Shown here: positions 10,164 through 22,300 of the stretch, one piece after another
How the letters are laid out: each line of letters begins with the position of its first letter
Position numbering within the stretch: position 1 is the stretch's first letter
NCBI RefSeq assembly: GCF_001194135.2
Contig: NC_068982.1
Span: 177,778,016 to 177,822,034 of the forward strand
Reading direction: 5' to 3'
From: Octopus bimaculoides
Taxonomy: Eukaryota
Length of the DNA stretch: 44,019 nucleotides
The notes under the pieces: generated by a model
Seen by the model: the letters and a program-made list of their open reading frames with translations, nothing else
What the model was told of the DNA's origin: nothing
The model's database searches: none
Translations under genes and position numbers: made by a program

Positions 10164-13100
10164 ACCATCGCTTGACAACCAATGTTGGCGTGTTTGCATC
10201 TCCAGTAACTTAGTGGTTCAGCAAAAGTGACCGATAGAATAAGTACTGGGCTTACAAAGAATAAGTATTAGGATCGATTTGTTCGACTAAAGGCGGTGGT
10301 CTAACATGGTCGCAGTCAAATAACTAAAACAAGTAAAAGAATATATATACCGGGTGTCCACAAAGTCTGGGTACCTGGAGTAAATAAAATCATAACATAA
10401 ACAATTAAATATAAGAAATAATTTCTTAAAGTATGTGTTAATCTCCATGTACCCAGACTTTGTGGACACCCTGTATATATATATATATAACAACAATGGA
10501 CTCAATTCCACGCAACAAACTTTCGTGGGTGCCTAAGACACATCTATCTTGTCAGATGATAAGAGCAAAGTAAGAGTTTTGAGAGAATAATATGATGGCT
10601 TCTAGGTGTTAGACCTATGAAAGCGACACCAGTTATTTTCTGATTTTTTTAGGCCCACGTGTTTGGACGGGATGCTGGTAGGGTCCTGGCGCCACTTTGA
10701 CAGCAGGCTGCAGCAGTGTCTTCAGTTACATCAGTTCCTTACATTGAGTACTGGACATGTTAGCGTGGGATGATGGCATGAGTCAGTCGCTCAATCGCTG
10801 TACAGTGAAGTATGAACACTTTAGCAACAGCAGTCTTTAAGCGAGAGTGACCAAAGATGGTGGTGTTGGATTATACGAGGTGGTATCAAAACGTTCCCAG
10901 ACTAGTTCTGTAAAGCGTCAACAGAGAGCTAGCAGTGACCTTCATGAGGCAATGCGCCAAGTGGCATCGCTGTGTTTACTTCGCAAGTTGTGAAATTTGT
11001 GATTTTGTGACCACGTGTAAGCTGTAGTCAGCGATTTTGTCATGGACAGGAAGTTGGAACAAAAAGGCAACGTGAAATTTTGCATTAAACTTGAGAAGTC
11101 TACTACAGAGACATTGAGCATGATTCAGCAAGCTTACGGCGACGAGGCAATGAGTCGTACGCAACGTTTCGAGTGGCACGGGTGCTACAAAAGCGAAAGA
11201 ACATTCCTGGAAGACAATGAGCAATCTAGAAGGCCTGCCACGAGCATCATCCCCAGAAATGTGGAGAAATTTCATCAGCTTGTGCATGGCGATCGTCAGA
11301 AGACAATCAACAACATTGCTGGTGCTGTTGGTCTGTTGTATGGGTCCGTGCAGGCAATCCTAAAATCTGAAAGTGAACATGCAGTGTATCTGCCAAGTTT
11401 GTCTCCCGCCTGCTGATCACTGAGTAGAAAGAATATCGCGTCGAAGGCTGTCAAGATCTCCGTCAGCGTGTCACTGATGACTCATCCTTTATGACAAGGA
11501 TCAACACCGCTGACGAGGGTTGAGTCTACGGGTATAGCCCAGAAACGAAGCACCAGTTGTCACAATGGAAGAGCCCTTCATCTTCACAACCGAAGGCAAG
11601 ACAGAGTCGCAGCGTTTGAGGGAGGACACTCAATGAAAGCACTAGATCTGTGGGATGCAAAGAATTGGATTCTTCACGACGACAATACACCCTGTCATCG
11701 ATCTCTCCGCACTCGGGAGTTTCTTTCCAAAAACAACATGGCATTGCTTCCGCACCTGCCCTATTCAGCAGATTTGACACCTACGGACTTCCATCTCTTC
11801 CCCAAGATGAAAATGCAACTCAAAAGTCGCCGTTTAAACACTGTTGTCGTGATCAAAAATGAATCGCAGAAGGTTCTCGATTCACTTACAGGAAACAACT
11901 TCCAAACCGGATTCCAAAAGTGGAACTAGTCCAAGAACTTTTGTATACCACCTCGTAATTGAAGTTGAATGTCTATCATGTTTGGGTTGCAATCTAAATA
12001 AGCGGCATGGATTAAATACCTTGCTCTTGAGTGTGGGACAGTTCTGGTTAGAGTGGTATATCTGACTTGTCAGCTACCAATGGCTTGTTCATTAACAGGA
12101 CATATCTCTAGTGGTAACAATAAGATAGTTTATTCTTCTTGTTGATGGATACTGCAAGTTAGTGGAGTATATGTAGTCTCTTGCAGTGACAGAGCTGGCA
12201 GCCACGAATTCCAGGTGAGTAAGGAGGGCTCCTGACAACGAAGCTTCATTTAATGTTAGGGAAGTTATTTCCATGGTCACGGAAGTGGAACAAGGAATTG
12301 GATTTAGTACCTGCGAACTTTCATCTTTTCCCCCAAGATGAAAATGCAGCTCAAACGTCACCATTTTAATATTGTTGTCAAGATTCAGGGTGAATCGCAG
12401 AAAGTCCTTGACTCACTTACAGAAAACGACTTCCAGGTCGGGTTCCAAAAGTGGCAAGAACACTAGAACCGGTATATTGCTGCGGAAGGTGACTATCTCG
12501 AAGGAGATGATGCTAAAACTTAGGTAAATAAGCTAATTTTTTATTAAACATAACTAGTCTAGGAACTTTTTGATATCATCTCAGTACATGTTCCTTGTGT
12601 TCTGCACGAAATTTCTTCAATGTTTTCTTTCATGTTATAGATGTATAAATTTAAACGTGTGACTCTAATTCTTAGACATGCACATTTTATTGGTTTATTG
12701 CTATTGTTCTACGTTAAGATCTTTTTAGCGACGAAGAGGTTTGAACGCTACTATGATAGCTACAAGTTAACTTTATCACTTTAGATGTTATTTATAAATA
12801 TCTCAGCCAATAAGGGTGTTGATTGGTCAAATATTAAATTAAATCTTTTCTATTTAGTTAGTAAGTTAGAAAAAACCTTCTAAAATATTTTCTCATATTG
12901 TTGGGATGTATTTCTCAAAGACTGTGTTGTAATTCAACAATTCAACTCAATGTCTGATGAAATGAAATGAATATTTTGTTTTACTATTATACATTACACA
13001 ATCTCTCTATATGTAATCTATATGTATAATAAATAACAATTCTCTTAGAAAAACTATCATCTTCATTCCTTCTTCATTTATTATTATTCACTCTGCAATA

Positions 13101-15044
13101 AATGTACTGTGATTAATTGCTATATAATCTTTGAATTTGCTTAATTATTATTAATCAATAAGTTATCATAATAATTAATTGGTTAATAAGGTGTACTACT
13201 GTTTGTACTCTTTTTTGAGCACTCTATCAACCAAATACTCAAATGAAGTACTACTGAATTGGAAAAATCACTACTATTGGGTCATCCCGTAAATAATGCG
13301 GTTTTTTTCAATTGCATTAACTAAAAAGTTGGAGGGGGTGGGATAAACTACCTGCATCAACTTGCTATAGAAGCAGGTAGTAATTTTACTTTGGTCTTAT
13401 TCTTAGTGCAAGTTGTGAAAAGTACATTTCGATTTTAACAGTTATTTTTCAAAGCTATAATAGAAGTGACAAAGGAGTATATTCGGCATATTTTGCTTTA
13501 TGAGTTCAATAAAGGTAACAACGCAATGCAAAGTGCAATGAATATTAATGCAGTATATGGGGATCACATAATAAGCATAAGACAGCGTCAACAGTGGTTC
13601 CAGAAATTCCGAGCCAGAAACTACAGCCTAGAAGACAAGCTTCATCCTGGAAAATCTGTAGAGCTCGACAAGGATGTCCTTCAACCCTGGTGGAACAAAA
13701 TCCTATTGTAACTGTTGAGGGACTAGCAGAGAAGCTTGGATTTGGTCATTCAACCATTTATAGACACTTGTGTGCCATTGGAAAAGTCAGCAAATTAGGT
13801 CAATCGGCTCCTCACAAACTTTCTGAGTCTAATCATGCGCAGAGAGTGAACGTGTGCCCTTCTATGCGGTCACATTTCACAAATGAGCCATTTTTGGACC
13901 AAATAGTGATTGGTGACGAGAAATGGGTTCTCTATAATAATGTCAAGCACCGAAGATAGTGGGTGGGGAAAGGAGAAACACCAGCACCATAAGCTAAAGA
14001 AGGTCTTCACTCATGTAAGGTGTTGTTATCTGTTTGGTGGGATATGAGAGGTTTAGTCCACTTTGAACTTTTAAACACAAACCAAACAAAAACAAAGGAG
14101 ATCTACTGCGAGCAGCTTGAATGACTTAAGGCTGGAGTAGTTTGAATGGGAAACAATGCCCCACCCACCATATTCCCCGGACATCGCCCCATCTGATTAC
14201 CATTTATTCTGCAGCCTTCAGAATCATTTCAACAGAAAAAATATGAATTCTGCAGACGAGATCAGAACAATACTGGAGGTGTATTTTTCGTCACGGACAA
14301 GTAAATTTTGAAAGAGGGGCCTTGCAAGTCTACCAGATAGATGGAAGAGCTTTGTAGAAAATGAAGGAGAGTATATTTTAAATTAAAAATGAACTTTGTT
14401 TTTCTAAATTTTGAAAAGTAAAAGAAGTATAAAAAAAAACCTCATTCTTTATGGGATGACACAATACACACACACAAATGTAGAGTATCATAATGCAGTT
14501 TACTTCCAGTAAAGTGGTGTGGTTACTACTGTAATCAGTAATATTACAGATAATATTATGCAGAGCAAATGTAGAAGGAATTATGATAAACACAAGATGA
14601 ACTTTATTAGTTCCCTGCATATTTTTCCCCATTGTGGTTATTTGCAACCTGTGCACTGGATTTTTTATTTGCAGTAGGATGCTGAACCATACGAGATCAT
14701 CAGAAAATTCTGTTGCATTACATTGCAGAGATCAAACGACAATTGATCTCTAACATAATGCAATAAAATATTTCTCTGATGATCTGTTATGGTTCAGCAT
14801 CATAGTGCACTCAGAGCATCCAATACAGAATTTGCAAATAACAATGTGGAAACATATGTAGGGAACAATTTATATAAATTTGTGTTTACCATAATTTCTC
14901 GTGTGTGTGTGTGCATGTGCGTGTGCATGCATATGTGTTTTATGTATATGCACACACATATATGTCCATATGCAAACATATACGTCCATATACATACACA
15001 CACACACATATATAATCATCCATACACACGCATATATGCATTCT

Positions 15045-15101
<57 letters not shown>

Positions 15102-16308
15102 AGATATCAAGACAGAAAGTAGAATGCGCAAGACAGAGGAAATCATACAACAAAGAACTGAAGATAGAAGACAAAATAACAAGTTCAAGAGAGAAAATAT
15201 ACATCAGAAGTTGAGATACCAAAGAACAATCACAAGGCTTAGGATAGAGAACAGAAAACGCAATTCACAAAGCATAAGACAGTGAATATATGATACTGCT
15301 GCAAAGATTATATAACACATAAGATATAATGTATAACAGAGTAAACCATGACTCAGAAGATAAGATGGTATGAAGAAGAGTAATACACAATGAGAGAAGT
15401 AGAGTATCAGAAATGTCACATAAACATCAAACAGAAGGAAATGTTATCTAATATGACTCATAAAAAGTAACCAATTCACAGAAGATCAAAAATAGACAAG
15501 ATATAAATTCCGTAAGACAACAGTTACAAAGGACGTGAATATAAAAAATATTATAAATGACAAAACAGAGTAGAAGACAAGATAGAAGACGAGAAAAAAA
15601 AACAAGATATAATATACAAAATACAAAATATTAGTGAATAAGTGGAAGATAGAAAAAGGAACATAAAAAGTACAAAATTCAAGACTTACAGTACAAAAGA
15701 CAACACAGAAAAGAGTGTCTGAGCCAAAATACAAGGCTCAACATGAATGATTACAACACCATATAAAAGACATTAAAAGAGAAAATACAATACAAAAGAC
15801 AAGTCATATAAGACAATATACTAGATACAAGACATTAGACACAAAATACAAGACATAAATGGGAGGAAATAAAATAAAAGATATAAAAAAGACAAAAATA
15901 ATCAAAACTATAAGTCATAACAGAAGATAGGCCAAGAGAGCTGACAGACAACAGAAGACTCAAGATAAAACATACACAAGACTAACTGATTAGACAGGCT
16001 AGAAGATATAGAAGCTATAGAAGAAAAGAAAAGAAACAAAGGTCAAAGAGACAAAAAGATGCAAAGGAAAAGAGAGACCATGCAAGACAACGAAATTAAG
16101 AAATAAAATTGCTTTGGAAGGCATATACATACCTCTTTTTTGCACATGAGATCTTACTCCCTGCACAGTCAAATAATCAACTACTAAGTTGCATTTCTGA
16201 ATATCTAAACCTTCTTCTGCTACAGGAGTTGCAATCATAAGTTTGCACTCACCACTCCGAAACATTCCAAGTACTTCTTTTTGCCTATTTATTGACATAC
16301 CTGCAATA

Positions 16309-16384
<76 letters not shown>

Positions 16385-19300
16385 GTCTTGAAGAGAGGCA
16401 AAATCAAATGTATGGACAGGCTAGCAATACCATCAGGGGAAGTTATGAAGGAGATAGAAAAGACAGGCTATAAGTACTTGGGAATATTGGAAATGGATAA
16501 ATTGATGGAGAAAGAAATGACAGAAAAATTTAAGGTGGAGTACTTGCTCAGACTGAGACTGATCTTTAAGTCGAAATTAAATGGATGGAATAAGATTGAA
16601 GCTATCAACACTTGGGCGGTTTTACTCCTTAGCAGAAGTATTCGCATGGCCAGTAGATGAATTAAGCAACTTAGACAGAAAGACAGGGAAGTTGCTGACT
16701 AGATATGGGATACTCCACCCAAAAAGTGACACGGACAAATTGTATGTAGCAAGAAAAAGAGGGGAAGAGGACTGATTGGATGCAGACACAATATTAGAGC
16801 AGAAGTAAACAACATAGCATGGTATGTAAAAAATGCCACAGAATCACTATTATTGGAAGTATGAAGGTCAGGCTTGTGTAGGATGAGAGATTGCAAAGAT
16901 AAAGCACTATACAAGAAATTGAAAACGAATGAAACTGAAAATAGGTGGATAAAGAAAAGAATGCATGGACAATTTCATGTTGAAGATAAGACAGACAGAG
17001 AAAAAAGATGGCTGTGGATGACTAAAAGTGATTTAAAACTGGAAACAGAGGCTCTAATCTGTGCTGCCTAAGAGCAAGCACTAAGAGTGAATTACATCAA
17101 ATACAGAATAGACAACATATCAGAAACTGATAAGTGCAGAATTTGTGGACAAAATGGTGAAACCATATGACATATTACCAGTCAATGTACGCCACTAGCC
17201 CAGAAGGAATATAAGAGACGTCACAACAATATAGCCAGGCTTGTCCATTAGACACTTTGCAACAAGTATGGACTTGACAGAGCAAAGAATTGGTACGACC
17301 ACAAACCTGAAGGCATCGTCGAAATTAGAAATGCAAAGATCCTATGAGATTTTATGATTTAGTGCGACCATGAGATAGAGAATTGAAAGCAAGAGAAAGA
17401 AAGCAAATGATGCTGGATCATTGATATAGCATTCCCAGCTGACAACAAGGTATGTGATAAGGTTAGCTAGGGAGGTTAAGCAGTTGTGGTTGATATAAAA
17501 GGTGGTAGTAGTACCAATAATTGTCAGAGCCCTGAGAACATTGAGTAAAAATCTTGAGAAGTACATGGAACAAATAGGGGCTGCAATAAGGGTGGAGCAC
17601 TTGCAGAAAACAACACTGCTTGGAACCACTCAAATACTCCAGATGGTGCTTGAAAAAATAAGGGGTGCTACCTTAGCTCAGTGGTAGCGAACATCTGACA
17701 CCGTAGTATATCTCCAGCATTAGAAGCCGTGCAAAGACAATAAAATACTAATTATTATTATTATTATTATCATTATTTTTATTATTTCTAATTTTTGCCA
17801 CAAGAGTAGCTTGGGGGAGGTGGGGATGAGTCGATTACATCGACCCCAGTTTTCAACCTGTATTTATTTTATCTACCCCAAAAGGATGAAAGGCAAATTC
17901 AACCTCAGTGGAATTTGAACTCAGAAACATAGTGGCATGCCACCAAGCATTTCATCCAGTGTGCTAATGATTCTACCAGCTCTCTACCTTTATAACAATA
18001 ATAATAAAAAGCAAGGGTAATACAGCTAGCGATTATAGATCAATCACTTGCTTACCATTAGTGCAGAAGCTTTTAACAGGAATGCTTTCAGAAAGCATTT
18101 ACAAGCACCTTTACAGCCAGAATCTACTGCCAGAAAAACAGAAAATTTGCAGGAAGAAGACTAGAGGAATGTATGATCTATTATATATAGACAAAGCAGT
18201 TCTAAATGAAGTAAAATCTAGAAAGAAAAAATTAACAATAGCACGGATAGCTTATACGAAAGCCTATAAGATGATCCCACACTCATGGATAAGTGATTGT
18301 TTGAGTATATTCAGTATTGCAGACAGCATAAGAGAATTAGCTTTAGCATGAAGAAATGGAAAGTAGACCTCTACTCAGGTGACACACCATTATGGAAAGT
18401 TAATATCAAGAGGGGAATTTTCCAAGGAGATTTGTTATCCCCTTTAATATTTGTCTTATGTTTAATCCCCCTCAGTTTAATATTCAGGAAGGCAAGGCAG
18501 GGTATTGGTTCAGAAATTGCAAAGGAAAAGTTAAGCATTTGCTCTACATGGATGATCTGAAGCTATTTAATAAGAATTATAGTAAAAAGAGATAGATTCC
18601 TTAACACAAACTTTAAGACTCTTCAGCAAAGATATAGGTATGGAATTTGGCATGGATAAGTGTGCAATATTAGTCATGAAAAAAAGGAACAATTAGCCGA
18701 CAATGAAGGCATCCAATTACTAGATGACCAGATGGTCACTGAAAGAAGGAGAGAGTTATAAGTATCTAGGAGTATTAGAATCTGACAGATTACTAACTAC
18801 AGATATTGAAAACTAAAACTGAGAAGGAGTACATCAAAAGTCAAAGCTAAATGGTCCGCATCTAGTGAAAGTTGTAAATACTTGGGCAGTATCATTATTT
18901 AGATACTCAACAGCATTTGTAGATTGAACAAAATCTGAATTAGCAAAGCTACGCAAGAACTAGGAAGGAATTCAATATGAATGGAGGACTCCACCCAAGG
19001 ACAAGAGTAGCAAGATTATACTTACCTAGAAAGGAAGATGAAAGAGGGTTAATATCAGTAGAAGACTGTGTGAAGTTAGCTAGAGTAGATATAAACTCTT
19101 AAGTAGGTAACAGTGAAGAAAGTTTATTAAGAACTGCTAGAGTTACAGCAGGACATAGCGAAACCAAAAAGCTAAATGAAGTTAAAAACTATACTGATGA
19201 ATTGTATGAACATGAACCTCGTAAAGTATTACAGAGTAAGAAATATAAGATGTTGTGAGACTTTAACATTTAGACAGACAGAGTTATAGAAGCTAGATGG

Positions 19301-22300
19301 CCTTATTCAGTAGTAGTAGATAAAGAGAATAGAAAGTGCCAAATAATTTGACTTTACAGTCCCAAATGATGAGAAAGTCAATATGAGAGGTATAAAGAAG
19401 ATAGCATTGAGTTACAGAGACTATGAAAAGTGCAGGTAAAATGTATCCCTGTATAGGTGCATTAAGCACTCTCCCTAAAGATTTGAACAGATGGATAGAG
19501 AAAATAGGTATAAAACCCAGTTTAGTACAGCTCCAGGAAACAGTGTTATTAGGGACAGCTAGGGTACTTAGATGGATTCTTGGCATCTAACGTTACTTGT
19601 TGTAGCCCGATGTTAGGAAATTTTCTTTTCCAACAGTTTAATTGTTGAGCATATATGAAATGAAGTAATAATATCATCATCATCATTTAGTGTCCAGTAT
19701 CCATGCTGGCATGTGCCAGACTCTAGTCTGATTTGGCATGGTTTTCTACAGCTAGATGCCCATCCTAATACCAACCACTCTAAGAGTGTAATAGATGCTT
19801 TTACACGCCACTGACATGGGTGCCAGTTGCATGGCACCAGTATCTGCCACAACAATGATTTCACTTGCCTTGATTGGTTTTCTCTTTAAGCATAGCATAT
19901 TTCCAAAGGTCTCAGTCATTTGCCTTTGCCTCCATGGGGCCCACTGCTTGAAAGATGTTTTTTTACGTGCCACCAGCAGCATTTTGTCTGTGTGAACATT
20001 CTAAATGAAAGGCAAAGGTAACCCTGGCAGATCAAATTCTACCAAGGTCACCCTTGCCTTTCGTTCTTTTGGGATCAATAAAATAAGTACCAGTTGAGCA
20101 CTGAGGTCAATCTAATTGACTGTCCCCCTCCCCTAAAATTTCTTACTTTATGCCAAAATTTGAAACCACTATTATTAATATTACTGAGCTGACAGAGTTG
20201 TTAGAGTGTCAGATAAAATACTCTACAGTATTTATTCTGGTCTTTTGCCAGTACCAGATGAGTCATAGCAGCCCTAATATTACCTATATAAAAAAAAATG
20301 AAGTGGACTGACATATCAAATTTTGAACCCGCTGAAGGTACACAAGATACCAAAATATCGTTCAGCAAATTTAATTATGGCACTCTTCTTTATTTACNNN
20401 NNNNNNNNNNNNNNNNNNNNNNNNNNNNNNNNNNNNNNNNNNNNNNNNNNNNNNNNNNNNNNNNNNNNNNNNNNNNNNNNNNNNNNNNNNNNNNNNNNNN
20501 NNNNNNNNNNNNNNNNNNNTATTATGTTGTTGTTGTTGTTGTTGTTGGCACTCTGTCGCTTACGACGTCGAGGGTTCCAGTTGATCCAATCAATGGAACA
20601 GTCTGCTCGTGAAATTAACGTGCAAATGGCTGAGCACTCCACAGACACGTGTACCCTTAACGTAGTTCTCGGGGATATTCAGTGTGGCACAGTGTTACAA
20701 GGCTGACCCTTTGAATTACAGGCACAACAGAAACAGGAAGTAAGAGTGAGAGAAAGTTGTGGTGAAAGAGTACAGCAGGGTTCGCCACCATCCCCTGCCG
20801 GAGCCTCGTGGAGCTTTAGGTGTTTTCGCTCAATAAACACTCACAACGCCCGGTCTGGGAATCAAAACTGTGATCCTATGACCGTGAGTCTGCTGCCCTA
20901 ACCACTGTGCCATTGCGCCTCCACATTATTATTATATTATTATTATTATTACTATCATTATTATCATCTTCATTATTTTAAGAATGTGGTAAGGTGATAA
21001 GCTCCCAACAAAGTGATATCACAGGAAAATTTCAGTCATCAATTGAAACTATTTCATTCCAAATAAAATAAAAACATGGAAGTTACAAACTGAGGGAGCA
21101 TCTACATAGTCACTCAATCTGCAAGAAACAATAAGAGAGATCTCAAGCAGTCACTTCTGCTACAAATAGTAGCCAAATATTCCTCAAATCACACCCGACT
21201 GTCCTAAAAAAGGAAGAACCATATGTCCCCAGTATGTTAAAAAAAAAAAAAAAAAGGATGGTAACAGCTAGAATGAATTTAACCACATATCTGCTTGACC
21301 AGAGCTACCTGGAGCAACAACATATTCATCAATTACCTTTCGCAGTTGTAAACTTGCTTATATAAAGAACCTTCATAACTGCAAATAAATATATAGAAAG
21401 TGGGCATTATTATACACACCAGGACCACTCTCTGTATTTATTCCTGCCATCAAATATTGTGGATTGAAATCAGCTGTTTCACTTTTATCATTTAACACTT
21501 TTGCCAAAATCTTTGTCAAAATTTTGGTCTCAACAAACACTATGACACGGGAATCTGGTTTATCATGAAATTTTTTCTGGATTAAATCTACAAGTGCCAA
21601 AAGACATGAACTTTCAGCCTCCAGTTCTTCTTCTGTGCTATAATTTTCAAATTCCTCCAGTTTACCTAAAATAAACAGAATAAAATAGATTAGATTTCTT
21701 TTTGTCTCCATTCTTTCATTAGCTGAGCTCAAAATATAAATGCAGAAAATGAATGTAGACATACAAACAAAAGAAAACTAACTAAGGGGCATCTTATCAG
21801 TTTTCTCATCATCTATTATAGCTTTAGAATGCTATGGAAAAAACTGTTATTGGATCTTTTCTTTAGAGAATGAAATATTATTCCCGAACTCAAAGGAATG
21901 AACCCGGAACCATGGTTAGGTTATGAAGTTTTCAGCCAACCCTCATACAGATGTTCAAATTTAATTATCTATTCTAACATCAATGTCTTCTTTGTATTCC
22001 ACAATTTACAAGAACAATGAATAAGCACCATGTAAATTACTGCAGTCAATGTAATAAATTAAAATCCCTCAAGCTGCTGCCCTATCATTGCCACAATTCA
22101 ATAATTCAAACATATGAAAGAATGTGTGAAGAATGTACATACAAACAATATTTTTCTAATATATATATCAGGCATTAAAACAATTGTGAGGGTGGGAGAA
22201 TGTGCAATTGTGTCTATATGCATATGCATCTATTAATTTTGAAGAATTGAAAAAAGAAAAAGATGGAGGTGAAAATAAGAATGAAGTAAAATTGAGGTAA

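Noticed and set aside
10500-10870. WCRFHRSNT on the minus strand as a Gypsy gag zinc-knuckle remnant
   Set aside because: A single short motif among stops, with no LTRs or pol motifs nearby.
14789-15214. ORFs over microsatellites (also 36839-37287, 42467-42736, 43595-44005, 30176-30388)
   Set aside because: Poly-HT, CV, YI, L and I translations of simple repeats.
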